Source: Acetobacteraceae bacterium
GTDB lineage: Bacteria; Pseudomonadota; Alphaproteobacteria; Acetobacterales; Acetobacteraceae
NCBI GenBank assembly: GCA_027483125.1
Contig: JAIXVH010000247.1
Location: forward strand, 1-51,307
Direction: 5' to 3'
DNA: 51,307 nucleotides
This document shows, piece after piece, positions 30,995 to 40,652 of the stretch. A program made the translations under genes and the position numbers. Under the pieces are notes generated by a model, which made no database searches, was not told the DNA's origin, and was given only the letters and a program-made list of their open reading frames with translations. Every line of letters starts with the position of its first letter. Position 1 is the stretch's first letter.

Positions 30995-32080
30995 ATGGGC
31001 AAGATGCGATTGGCCGTGCTGGGCGCGGGGGCTGTGGGGCCGGGGGTTGCGGCGCTCGCAGCCTCACGCGGGCATGATGTGGCGATCTGGTCGCCGAGTG
31101 GCGCGGGGACCGCAGGCATTGACGGCATGATCCATGCCGAGGGCGTGCTGGAGGGCAGTTTCGCGGTGCGCGTGGCGCCGACGCTGGAGGCGGCGTTGGC
31201 CGGCGCGGACGCGGCAATACTGTGTGTGCCGGCCTATGGTTTGGATGCGCTGCTGCCGCGCATCGCGGCCGTGATCCGGCCCAGCCTGCCGCTGCTGATC
31301 AGCCCCGCCGCATCGCTGGCGCCGCTGGTGGTCGAGGCGCTGATGGCGCGCCACGGGCCGCGCCGCGCACCGGTCGGCGCGCTGGCAACCACGCCGCTCG
31401 GCGGGCGGCGCATCGGTCCTGATCGCGTGCGCGTGGCGATGCTTCGCAGTGCCGTGGACATGGCCGCGGTGCCGGCTGCCGCCGCGCCGGAAATGGCCGC
31501 ACTGGCGCATGCGCTGTTCGGCCATGCATACCCCGTCGCGCGGGATGCATTGGCCGTCGCGCTGACCGGCTCCAACCCCATCATCCATGGCGTGCTGGCG
31601 CTGACCAATCTGACGCGGATCGAGCACCGAGAGGCCTGGCCGCAATACGCGATGATGACCGAGGCCGCCTGCCGCATGATGACCGCGATGGATGCCGAAC
31701 GCGCCGCCCTGGCCGCGCGTTTCGGGCTGGTGGTGACGGACCTGCCGACCGCGCTTTCGCGCGCCAACCGTATCCCGGTGGCGCCCATGCATGAGATGGC
31801 GGCCACGATCGCGGCCGGCCGCGGGGCAGTGCTGGGACCGACCGATCTCGGCAACCGCTACATCATGGAGGATGTGCCATTCGGGCTGGCCTTTTACCTC
31901 GCGCTGGCGAAGCCGCGTGGCGTGGCGATGCCGGTGACCGAGGCCTGCGTTGTTGCGCTGGAAGCGGCACTCGGAGTGCCCTTGCGCGACAATCCGCTGA
32001 CCACCCGGCTCGACCTGTCCGCATTGGATGACGCATTGCTGCATGGCAGCAACCGCATGGACGGCGCGGCAGCACGGTGA
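30995..32080 (+). CDS. NAD/NADP octopine/nopaline (opine) dehydrogenase family protein
   Basis: VLGAGAVG, NPIIH, MDAER, RYIMEDVPFGL. Confidence 0.85.
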   Translation: MGKMRLAVLGAGAVGPGVAALAASRGHDVAIWSPSGAGTAGIDGMIHAEGVLEGSFAVRVAPTLEAALAGADAAILCVPAYGLDALLPRIAAVIRPSLPLLISPAASLAPLVVEALMARHGPRRAPVGALATTPLGGRRIGPDRVRVAMLRSAVDMAAVPAAAAPEMAALAHALFGHAYPVARDALAVALTGSNPIIHGVLALTNLTRIEHREAWPQYAMMTEAACRMMTAMDAERAALAARFGLVVTDLPTALSRANRIPVAPMHEMAATIAAGRGAVLGPTDLGNRYIMEDVPFGLAFYLALAKPRGVAMPVTEACVVALEAALGVPLRDNPLTTRLDLSALDDALLHGSNRMDGAAAR

Positions 32081-32096
32081 CAAACTTCCCCCCGGA

Positions 32097-33515
32097 ATGA
32101 ACCAATCAACACCCATGGGACTGGCCGCGCTGGAAGCGGCCGTCCGGCGCGACATGGACATGCTGAACCTGCCGGCGAAGGACTGGGTCCCGCGCCGTGC
32201 GGGTGTGATCGATGTCATCGTGATCGGCGCGGGCATGAACGGCATCGCAGCCGCCGGCGCCCTGCTGATGCGCGGCATCCGCAACATCCGCGTGCTGGAT
32301 GCCGCAGCACCGGGGCGCGAAGGGCCCTGGATGACCTATGCGCGCATGGAAATGCTGCGCAGCCCGAAGCAGTTGACCGGGCCCTGCCTGGGCATTCCCA
32401 ACCTGACCTATCGCGCCTGGCACGAGGCGCGCTTCGGCACCCCCGACTGGGAGGCGCTGTACAAGGTGCCGAACGCGCATTGGCAGGATTATCTGGCCTG
32501 GTTGCAGCGGGTGCTGGAATTGCCGCTGGAGCATGGCGTGCAGGTCATGCGCGTGGCGCCGGCGGATGGGTTGTTGCGCGTCGAATGCGCCGATGGCCGC
32601 GTGATGCTGGCGCGCCGTGTGGTGATGGCGACCGGGCGCGGCGGCGTGGGCGGCTTCTACTGGCCGGATTTCGTACCGCGCGACCTGTATCCCGAACTGG
32701 CCTTTCACACCAATGAGGAACGCGATTTTTCGGCACTGCGCGGCAAGTCGATCGGTGTGATCGGGGCGGGGCCTTCGGCGCTGGACAATGCCGCGGTGGC
32801 GATGGAGCACGGCGCGCTTGACGTGCAGGTCTATGCGCGGCGGGCGCAATTGCCGCAGATCAACAAGGGGCGCGGCGCGGGTATCGGCTATCACCATGGC
32901 TGGGCGGAATTGCCGGATGACCAACGCTGGTCATTGATGGCCTACATCCAGGATCTGCAGGCACCGCCGCCACATGAAACGGTGCATCGTGTGCTGCGCC
33001 TGGGCGTGGGTATCAATCTCGGCTGGGCGTTGACGCGGGTGGCGCGCGAGGGCGATGGCGTGCGGCTGGATTTCGCCAATGGGCAGACGCGTCAGCATGA
33101 TGTGCTGATCCTGGGCACCGGTTTCCTGGTCGATATGGCGCAAGTGCCGGAGCTTGCGGACATCGCGCCGCATATCGCGCTGTGGGGGGATCGGTACCAG
33201 CCACCGGCGGAACTGGTGCGGCATGACCTGGCGGCCTTTCCCTATCTGGGCGCGGGCTTCGAGTTGCTGCCGAAATCGCCGGCTGCGCCAGCCGAACTCA
33301 GGCAGATTCATCTGCTGAACTATGGCGCGCATTGTTCGTTCGGCGGCATCGCCAGCGACATTCCGGCGGTCAGTATCGGCGCGGATCGTGTGGCAGGCGC
33401 CATCCTGCACGGCCTCTTCCGCGAGGATTTCGCAGCGTTGCGCGAACAGCTGGAAGCCTTCGACGAACCCGAATTGGAAGGCACGCCATTCTTCGTGCCA
33501 AGGAACACGCCATGA
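32097..33515 (+). CDS. Class B-type NAD(P)/FAD-dependent flavoprotein monooxygenase
   Basis: IGAGMNG, EGPWMTYARMEMLRSPK, ATG, IGAGPSALDNA, LGTGF. Confidence 0.82.
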   Translation: MNQSTPMGLAALEAAVRRDMDMLNLPAKDWVPRRAGVIDVIVIGAGMNGIAAAGALLMRGIRNIRVLDAAAPGREGPWMTYARMEMLRSPKQLTGPCLGIPNLTYRAWHEARFGTPDWEALYKVPNAHWQDYLAWLQRVLELPLEHGVQVMRVAPADGLLRVECADGRVMLARRVVMATGRGGVGGFYWPDFVPRDLYPELAFHTNEERDFSALRGKSIGVIGAGPSALDNAAVAMEHGALDVQVYARRAQLPQINKGRGAGIGYHHGWAELPDDQRWSLMAYIQDLQAPPPHETVHRVLRLGVGINLGWALTRVAREGDGVRLDFANGQTRQHDVLILGTGFLVDMAQVPELADIAPHIALWGDRYQPPAELVRHDLAAFPYLGAGFELLPKSPAAPAELRQIHLLNYGAHCSFGGIASDIPAVSIGADRVAGAILHGLFREDFAALREQLEAFDEPELEGTPFFVPRNTP

Positions 33516-34549
33516 ATGATCTGATCGACACGCTGCTCGGCATCGAACCTGGCTCGCATCTGGATGCGCTGCGCGCGCTGCGGCCGGAATTGCGCGCAGC
33601 CGGCGCAGGCAGCGAGGCGGCGATCTTCGAAGCAGCCTCGGGCCTGTCCGCGGCCGAACGCCACGCGCTGGCCGCGCATGTGGCGGCGCTGCATGAATGC
33701 GCGCCGCTGGCACAGCATCACGCCGCGCGCGCCGGCACGCTGCGGCCCGCACTCGCCGCGCATGCGGAGTTCCTGGCCTTCGATCCGCATCTGGCCAGCC
33801 CCGATGCCAGCGCCGCACTCACCGCCGCGGGGCTCGCCCCGCGCGAGATCGTCATGGCATCCCAGCTCATCGCCTATGTCAGCTACCAGGTGCGGATGAT
33901 GGATGCGCTGGTGCTGCTGGACCCGGCGCGTGAGCCGCCTGCGCGCCGCGCGCGGCCGCCGGCGAAAGGTGCCACCAGCACGGCCGATTTCGGCTTCACC
34001 GCGGATAGCCTGGAATGGTCATCCTGGGTGCCGGTGCAGGATTTGGCCACCGCCACACCCGAGCAGATCGCGGTGCTGGATGAGAGTCACCCCAAGGCGA
34101 AGGCCAGCGACTACTATCTGCTGCTGGTGCAGGAGCCCGAGGTGCTGCGCCAGCGCTCCAAGCTGTTCAACACCATCATGTACGGCCCGCGTGGTGCTTC
34201 ACGCGCCGAGCGCGAATTGGCCGCCAGCGCCGAGAGCCGTTTGAATGGCTGCCCCTATTGCCTTTCGGTGCATGCGCAGCGCTATGTGCAGCTGAAGGGT
34301 GACCCGGGCCTGATGCAGCGCCTGGTGCGCGATGGGGTGGATGCGCCGATGGATGCGCGGTCGCGGGCCATCGTCGATGCCTCGGTGGCGCTGTCCACCA
34401 CGCCGGCCTCCTGCACGGCCGACCATGTGGCCGCGCTGCGCGGGCATGGGCTTCAGGATGCCGAGATCCTCGACATCCTGGCCTCGGTCGCGATGTTCGC
34501 CTGGGCGAACCGGCTGATGCAGACACTGGGTGAACCGCGCCTGGCATAG
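33512..34549 (+). CDS. Two-domain CMD/alkylhydroperoxidase (AhpD-like) protein
   Basis: N-terminal CMD domain (DLIDTLLGI..GSHLDALR); C-terminal RAERELAA..SRLNGCPYCLSVH and FAWANRLMQTLGEP. Confidence 0.85.
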   Translation: MNDLIDTLLGIEPGSHLDALRALRPELRAAGAGSEAAIFEAASGLSAAERHALAAHVAALHECAPLAQHHAARAGTLRPALAAHAEFLAFDPHLASPDASAALTAAGLAPREIVMASQLIAYVSYQVRMMDALVLLDPAREPPARRARPPAKGATSTADFGFTADSLEWSSWVPVQDLATATPEQIAVLDESHPKAKASDYYLLLVQEPEVLRQRSKLFNTIMYGPRGASRAERELAASAESRLNGCPYCLSVHAQRYVQLKGDPGLMQRLVRDGVDAPMDARSRAIVDASVALSTTPASCTADHVAALRGHGLQDAEILDILASVAMFAWANRLMQTLGEPRLA

Positions 34550-34595
34550 GCGGGCCTTGGCCGCCATGCGCACGCATGTGCCGCCGGGGTGACGC

Positions 34596-35279
34596 TCAGG
34601 CTGGCAATCTCTCGCCAAGGATGGCCGCCCAATCCTCCTCGCCGGCGGCGAAGAAGGGGTATCGGGCCAGCACGTGCGGCCAGTGCAGGCCGACATCGGT
34701 GATCATCGTCTCCAACAGGGCCGGGCGCTGTCGAGCAGCCCAGCCTGGGGTCAGGAACTTGCAGCACAGCACGCGGCGGTACAGGGCCTGGTGGTCGTGT
34801 CTGACCGCGGCGATGCAGAACCGCGCGCCGAACCAGCTGGCCGCCTGGAAGCCGGCGCGCAACAGCAGATGGGGCAGGCCCGGATATTGTCGCGCGGCCT
34901 GCGGACATATGGCCAAGCCGGCGAGGTCGATGACCGGGCCCGGCTTGTCACGCAGCAGCTTGGACAAGCCCTCGGGGTTCAGCGCCCCGGTCGGCCCGAA
35001 GGCGGCCTCGTCCGGCGAAAGGGGATGGATGCGGATGGTGCCGGCCAGGCTGCTGCCGACATGAAGCATGACAATGCGCGCATGCGGCGCTTCATCATGC
35101 AGGTCGACGAACGCGCTCTCGACCAATTGGCGGGTGAAGTCGCTGCCGGTCCAGCTCATGCTGCGCAGGGCGCGCACAGCCGCAAGCTCATCCCGCGTCA
35201 CAGCCAAGCGATAGCGGGCAGCCATCCGGGTTCGTTGCAGGGCGGCGAAGGCACTGCGCGGGCGGTTCTCCTCGGCCAT
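34596..35279 (-). CDS. N-acyl amino acid synthase (FeeM-like) / GNAT-fold acyltransferase
   Basis: YRLAVTRDELAAVRALR, DLHDEAP, LAGTIRIH, IAAVRHDHQALYRRVL. Confidence 0.7.
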   Translation of the reverse strand: MAEENRPRSAFAALQRTRMAARYRLAVTRDELAAVRALRSMSWTGSDFTRQLVESAFVDLHDEAPHARIVMLHVGSSLAGTIRIHPLSPDEAAFGPTGALNPEGLSKLLRDKPGPVIDLAGLAICPQAARQYPGLPHLLLRAGFQAASWFGARFCIAAVRHDHQALYRRVLCCKFLTPGWAARQRPALLETMITDVGLHWPHVLARYPFFAAGEEDWAAILGERLPA

Positions 35280-35329
35280 CAAGCGCGTCCGCCCATGCGA
35301 GGGCGCACGACGCGCCGGGAAGCGCCGCC

Positions 35330-35525
35330 AATCAATGCCTTAGGCATTAAGTGCCGTTGATTATGATGGTTATGCTGGCCTGAATCATCATGGACCACGA
35401 TTTTGTCTCGCTATCCCATTGAATAGACACCGCTGCGCCGAAGGCTCGCAAATCCGTGATACATGAACAAATTTTAAACTCAAGACGTACCGTTGTTCAT
35501 TTTCGCTCAAAAATCTGGAAATCCG
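35330..35525. promoter_or_regulatory. AT-rich regulatory region with inverted repeats
   Basis: Sharp drop in GC; AATGCCT-T-AGGCATT (35334-35348); ATGAACAA-N22-TTGTTCAT (35463-35500). Confidence 0.55.
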
Positions 35526-35627
35526 GACGCAGCAGCCAGGCCCCGGCAATCCCCGACCAGGGCGAGACTGCGGCTGCGGTGTCGGTCAGGCCGGGCTCGG
35601 GGCGGGTGACGAGGGCAGCGGGCCCGG

Positions 35628-36440
35628 TCAGGCCGGCGGCAATGCCATCCCGGCGGCGCGCGCTTCCGCGGCCCAGCCGGGGCCGACGCGCAAATAGTCG
35701 TCGGTCATCACAGGGACGAAGCGCGCGACCAGCACCTGCGCCATGATGGCGCGTGCGGCCGCGTCTTCGTGGAGCGCGAACAGCGTTTCGCGCAATGCCG
35801 CCACCATGCGAGCATCCGCGCCCGGGGCCGCGACCAGGAAGGGCACGGGCGCGGCATCAGTGGTTTCGAGAATGCGCAGGCCGCGCACCACATCCGGCGC
35901 ATGGCGGCGCAGCAGATCATGCGCGAAGCTGTCCATCGGGCCGATATCGGCCAGCCCTTCGCGCACTGCGCGCGCGACGCCCATGGGCGTGACCAGCGGC
36001 CCCACGGCGGCCGTGAAGGGGAAGTGCCGCGCGTATCGCAGCAGGTGGTGGCGCGGCGCGTTGCAGCCGGAATGGCTGTGCTCGACCGTCCAGCCCATGC
36101 GGCCGGCGAAGGCGTCGGGCAGGATGCGATAGGGAGCATCCTCACGCACCACGAAATCGCTCATGTAGACTGGCCGGCCGCCATAGCGCGGGGGGGTGGG
36201 GACGGGCGCCGCCAAGGGAATGGGCCGCGGCTGCGCATGCATCGCCCAGGGCCAGCCACACATGAAGACGCAGCCCATGTCGGGCCGCGCCCACAACTGG
36301 TCGATCGGCGCGGGTGCTGAGTGGATGAAGGGCCGCAGCGCCACACCCGAGAGCGCGATGATGCGCGTGAAGAGGGCATGCCATGCCTCCCGCGCGGGCG
36401 GGGCGACGTCGTACATCCGCGAACAGGCAATGGGCTCCAT
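35628..36440 (-). CDS. PhnD/SsuA/transferrin-fold substrate-binding-like protein, no signal peptide
   Basis: MYDV, FMCGWP, SDFVVR, SHSGCNA, AVREGLADIGPMD. Confidence 0.78.
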   Translation of the reverse strand: MEPIACSRMYDVAPPAREAWHALFTRIIALSGVALRPFIHSAPAPIDQLWARPDMGCVFMCGWPWAMHAQPRPIPLAAPVPTPPRYGGRPVYMSDFVVREDAPYRILPDAFAGRMGWTVEHSHSGCNAPRHHLLRYARHFPFTAAVGPLVTPMGVARAVREGLADIGPMDSFAHDLLRRHAPDVVRGLRILETTDAAPVPFLVAAPGADARMVAALRETLFALHEDAAARAIMAQVLVARFVPVMTDDYLRVGPGWAAEARAAGMALPPA

Positions 36441-37422
36441 GCCGACAAGCTTGCCACCAGGCGCGAAACCCTGCGAGCCTCGCTCTGTGGAAGACAGCGA
36501 ACTGCCCCGCGCCAACGCATTGCGCCCGTCACCGGTCTGGTGGCGGCGCTGGGAATTGCCAACCTGGGGCGTGGCGGTGGCGATCTATGCCTGCTGGTTC
36601 GCGCTGGTCTGGTTCCATGCCTCGATCCCCTGGCCTTTGCTGATGCTGGCCGGCGGTTATGTGCTGGCCTGGCACTTCTCCCTGCAGCATGAGGCCATCC
36701 ATGGCTGGCGCAGCATCCCGCGCTGGCTGCGCATGGCGGTCGTGTGGCCGCCGATCGGCGGCTGGTGGCCCTTCGAACTCTACAAGCGCAGCCACACGCG
36801 CCACCACCGCAACACCATGCTGACCTATCCCGGCGAGGACACGGAATCGCAGTACCACAAGCGCGAGGACTGGTCCGGGTATTCGCCGCTGTGGCGCGCC
36901 GTGCTGGTGGCCAACCAGACGCTGCTGGGGCGGTTGACGCTTGGCGTCTTCATCCGCCTGCGCAAGCTGGTGATCGTGGAATACGGCAAGCTCGCGCGGC
37001 GCGATTTTTCCGATGTGCCGGCTTGGTTTGGCTTCTTCGCGGGCCTGGCCGGGGTGCTGTGGTTTGTGAGCGCGGTCGCCGGCATGCCCATCTGGCAATA
37101 CTACCTGTTCATGGTGCTGCCCGGCATTTCCGTAGGCCTGCTGCGCGCCTTCATCGAACACCGCTGGGGCGACACGCCCGGTGAACGCACGGCCAGCGTG
37201 GAATCAAACTGGGTCTTCGGGCTGCTGTTCCTGTGGAACAACCTGCACATCGTGCACCACCTCTATCCGCAGATGGCCTGGTTCGAGATCCCGGGCTTCT
37301 GGCGGCGCAACCGCGCAAGGCTGCTCGCGCACAACAATCATTTCGTGTTTCGCGGCTACGCGCAGATCGCGCGGCGCTGGCTGGTCCGTCCCGTCTTCAT
37401 CCCCGCGCATCCCGCGCGGTAA
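36439..37422 (+). CDS. Membrane fatty-acid desaturase superfamily protein
   Basis: His boxes QHEAIH, SHTRHH, NLHIVHH; start uncertain (ATG 36439 or a later GTG). Confidence 0.88.
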   Translation: MPTSLPPGAKPCEPRSVEDSELPRANALRPSPVWWRRWELPTWGVAVAIYACWFALVWFHASIPWPLLMLAGGYVLAWHFSLQHEAIHGWRSIPRWLRMAVVWPPIGGWWPFELYKRSHTRHHRNTMLTYPGEDTESQYHKREDWSGYSPLWRAVLVANQTLLGRLTLGVFIRLRKLVIVEYGKLARRDFSDVPAWFGFFAGLAGVLWFVSAVAGMPIWQYYLFMVLPGISVGLLRAFIEHRWGDTPGERTASVESNWVFGLLFLWNNLHIVHHLYPQMAWFEIPGFWRRNRARLLAHNNHFVFRGYAQIARRWLVRPVFIPAHPAR

Positions 37423-37439
37423 CCAAGGAAGCAAAGCGC

Positions 37440-38468
37440 ATGCAACGACGTGCATTGATGACCGCCGCATTGGCCGCACCCCTGGTGGCCCAGGCCCAGA
37501 CCACCTTCACCTTGCGCTGCCACAGCTTCTCCTCGCCCACCGCGCTGGACCACACGCTGCACCTGGACCGCTGGGCCGAACGCGTGGCGCAGCAATCGGG
37601 CAACCGCATCCGTGTCGAGATGTTCCCCGCGATGCAGCTGGGCGGCCAGCCGCGCGACCTTCCGCAGCAGCTGGAAGACGGCGTGGTGGACATGATCTGG
37701 ACCGTGCCCGGCTTCACCCCTGGCCGCTTCATGGGCACCGAGGGGCTGGAACTGCCCTTCATGAACACCGGCACCAGCGCCACCATGTCGCAGGCGGCGT
37801 TCGAATATGTCTCGCGCAACCTGGCGGAGACGGAATATCGCGGCATCAAGATCATCTCGATCCACGCGACCGACCGCGCGTTGATCCATACCAGCCGACG
37901 CCCTGTGCGCACGCTGGAGGATTTCCGTGGCTTGCGCCTGCGCGTGGCCGGCCGCTTCATTGGTGAGGCGGTCACCGCGCTGGGCGCCACGCCGGTCGGC
38001 ATCCCACTGGGCGGCGTCTACGAAGCCGCATCGCGCAACCAGGTTGATGGCTTCCTGATCAACTGGGCGATCACGCACCCGTTCCGGTTGTTCGAGGTGA
38101 GCAAGTACCACTCCGAACCGCCTGGCCGCGGGTTGTTCCAGGGCATGCTGCTGACGCTGATGAACCAGCGCAGCTACATGCGCCTGCCGCCCGATTTGCG
38201 TGCTGTGATCGACGCCAATTCCGGTGCCGCCCTGTCCCGCCAGCTGGGTGAGACCTGGGATACACAGACCCAGCAGGCGATCGACGCTGCGCGCGGCGCG
38301 GGCAATGAGATCATCGAAATCCCACCCGCCGAAGTGGCGCGCTGGCGCACCGCCATTGCCCCCGCCTACGACGCCTGGATGGCCGAGATGGGCCGCCGCA
38401 ACCGCAATGGCCGCGAGCTGTTCGACCAGGTGCAGTCCATCACCGCCCGCTTTGGCCGCACCGCTTGA
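37440..38468 (+). CDS. TRAP transporter substrate-binding protein (DctP)
   Basis: PAMQLGG, DGVVD, YRGIK, EDFRGLRLR, LGATPVG. Confidence 0.9.
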   Translation: MQRRALMTAALAAPLVAQAQTTFTLRCHSFSSPTALDHTLHLDRWAERVAQQSGNRIRVEMFPAMQLGGQPRDLPQQLEDGVVDMIWTVPGFTPGRFMGTEGLELPFMNTGTSATMSQAAFEYVSRNLAETEYRGIKIISIHATDRALIHTSRRPVRTLEDFRGLRLRVAGRFIGEAVTALGATPVGIPLGGVYEAASRNQVDGFLINWAITHPFRLFEVSKYHSEPPGRGLFQGMLLTLMNQRSYMRLPPDLRAVIDANSGAALSRQLGETWDTQTQQAIDAARGAGNEIIEIPPAEVARWRTAIAPAYDAWMAEMGRRNRNGRELFDQVQSITARFGRTA

Positions 38469-39007
38469 GCACGCCGGAATTCACCGAGGCCGGGGCGCTC
38501 AACGCACCGGCCACGAGCCCCTTTCCGCGCCTGCGGACGGCGCTGGAACACCTGGCCACGGGCGCCGCAATTTTCGCAGGCGCCTTGCTGCTGGTGGCGG
38601 TCGGCGTGACCACTGCATCGGTGCTGCAAGGCGCGCTGTTGAACCGCCCGATCCTGGGTGATTCCGAAATCGTGGAAATGGTGCTCGGCACCGCCGTCGC
38701 TTTGTGCCTGCCGCTGGCGGAAATGCGTGGCGCGCATGTGCTGGTGGACTTCTTCACGCAGAAGCTGCCCGCCCGCGGTATCGCCGGGCTGGATGCCTTC
38801 ATGCGCGCTGTCTCGGCCGCCGTGGTGGCCGTGCTGGCCTGGCGTCTGGCCGTTGGCGGCTACAACCAATGGGACCGCGAGCGCGAGACCATGTTCCTCG
38901 AAATCCCTTTCTGGTGGGGCTATGCGGGGGCGGCGATCGGCATGGTGATCTGGATGCTCTGCGCCGCGTTTGTCGCGGCCGAAGCGGCGGTGAAGGCACG
39001 CCGATGA
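38465..39007 (+). CDS. TRAP small permease (DctQ)
   Basis: Four TM segments, PILGDSEIVE, HVLVDFF; TTG start. Confidence 0.85.
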   Translation: MSTPEFTEAGALNAPATSPFPRLRTALEHLATGAAIFAGALLLVAVGVTTASVLQGALLNRPILGDSEIVEMVLGTAVALCLPLAEMRGAHVLVDFFTQKLPARGIAGLDAFMRAVSAAVVAVLAWRLAVGGYNQWDRERETMFLEIPFWWGYAGAAIGMVIWMLCAAFVAAEAAVKARR

Positions 39008-40320
39008 GCAATTTCGACATCGGCCTGCTGATGTTCGCAGGCGCCCTTGTGTTGATCGCGCTGCGCATGCCCGTGGGCATCGCGATGCTGTTCGTGGGCG
39101 GCGTCGGCTTCGCCGCGATCGGCGGCTGGGACCGGCTGTTCGCCACGCTGAACTCGCTGACCTTCAGCCGCTTTTCCTCCTACACGCTCTCGGTGATTCC
39201 GCTCTTCCTGCTGATGGGCGATTTCGCGACCAAGGGCGGCATGAACCGCGCGCTGTTCCGATGTGCGCGGGCCTGGATGGGGCATTTCCGCGGTGGCCTC
39301 GCGGTCGCGACCATTGGCGGCTGCGCGGCCTTCGGTGCCATCTGCGGATCATCGTTGGCCACCGCCGCCACCATGTCCCAGGTGGCGGGGCCGGAGATGC
39401 GCCGGCACGGCTATTCGCCGGCGCTCGCCACCGGCACGCTCGCCGCTGGCGGCACGCTCGGCATCCTGATCCCACCCAGCGTGATCCTGGTGATCTACGC
39501 GATCTACACCGAGATGAGCATCGGCACGCTGTTCATCGCCGCCGTGATTCCGGGCCTGATCGCGACCGCGGGCTATATGCTGGTGGTCAACATCTATGCG
39601 CGTCTGCACCCCGCCGCCGCGCCGCCCGCCGAACGCCAGGGCTGGTCCGAACGTCTGCGCGCCACCGGCGAGGTATGGCCCGTGGCACTCGTCTTCATCC
39701 TGGTCGTCACTGGCATCTATGGCGGGTGGTTCAGCGCGACCGAAGGCGCGGCGATTGGCGCTGCCGCCACCGGCCTGCTGGCCATCACGCTCGGCGGCAT
39801 GCGTTGGCAGGGTTTGAAGGAAGCGCTGCTCTCCACCACCGTCACCACCGGTCTGATATTCGTGGTGCTGTTGGGCGCCGAATTGTTCAGTGCAGCGCTG
39901 GCGCTCTCGCGCCTGCCCGCGGAACTCTCGGCAATGGTGGTCGGCTGGGATGTGCCGCCCATCGTCATCCTGCTGGCGATTCTGCTGATCTATTTCATCC
40001 TGGGCTGCTTCATGGAGAGCCTGGCGATGGTGCTGCTGACGCTGCCCATTTTCATCCCCCTGATGCTCGGCCTCGACTTCGGGATGAACCGCGAACAGGT
40101 GCTGGTCTGGTTCGGCATCCTGGTTCTGATGAGCGTGGAGGTAGGGATGATCTCGCCGCCCTTTGGCCTCAACCTTTTCGTCATCAACGCGATGGCGAAG
40201 GATGTGCCGATGGGCGAGACCTATCGCGGCGTGCTGGGCTTCGTCGCCTCGGATTTCGTGCGGATCATCATTCTCGCACTGGTGCCCGCGATCAGCCTGT
40301 GGCTGCCCGACTTATGGTAG
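39004..40320 (+). CDS. TRAP large permease (DctM)
   Basis: IPLFLLMG, GSSLATAA, GGTLGILIPPS, ISPPFGLNLF. Confidence 0.93.
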   Translation: MSNFDIGLLMFAGALVLIALRMPVGIAMLFVGGVGFAAIGGWDRLFATLNSLTFSRFSSYTLSVIPLFLLMGDFATKGGMNRALFRCARAWMGHFRGGLAVATIGGCAAFGAICGSSLATAATMSQVAGPEMRRHGYSPALATGTLAAGGTLGILIPPSVILVIYAIYTEMSIGTLFIAAVIPGLIATAGYMLVVNIYARLHPAAAPPAERQGWSERLRATGEVWPVALVFILVVTGIYGGWFSATEGAAIGAAATGLLAITLGGMRWQGLKEALLSTTVTTGLIFVVLLGAELFSAALALSRLPAELSAMVVGWDVPPIVILLAILLIYFILGCFMESLAMVLLTLPIFIPLMLGLDFGMNREQVLVWFGILVLMSVEVGMISPPFGLNLFVINAMAKDVPMGETYRGVLGFVASDFVRIIILALVPAISLWLPDLW

Positions 40321-40596
40321 GCGCTTCGGTTCGCCAAGCGTCTGCATGAACCGGTTCGCCCAGGCGAACATCGCGACGGACGCCAGGATGTGGAGGATTG
40401 CCGCAACCCCCGTCCCGTGCCCGCGCAGCGCGTCAACATGCGCCGCCGTGCAGGACGCCGGCATCGTGGACAGCGCCACCGACGCGTCGACAATGGCGCG
40501 CAAGCGCGCATCCATCAGCGCGTCCACACCACCGCGCACCCACTGCTCGATCAGCACCGCATCGCTCTTCAACTGCTCGCGCGCCTGCTGAACGAC
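40312..40596 (-). pseudogene. Truncated inverted copy of the 3' end of the CMD/AhpD gene at 33512-34549
   Basis: 64 of 84 aligned residues identical (QLK...MQTLGEP); lacks the CxxC motif and the N-terminal region. Confidence 0.8.
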
Positions 40597-40652
40597 AGAG
40601 CCGCCAGCCCACTGGCGTGGCATGGTGGCGTGCCCCATGCTGACAGCCGCTC

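Noticed and set aside
35456-35746. 96-aa ORF starting in the AT-rich gap
   Set aside because: No RBS or motif, and it runs antisense into the PhnD-like gene
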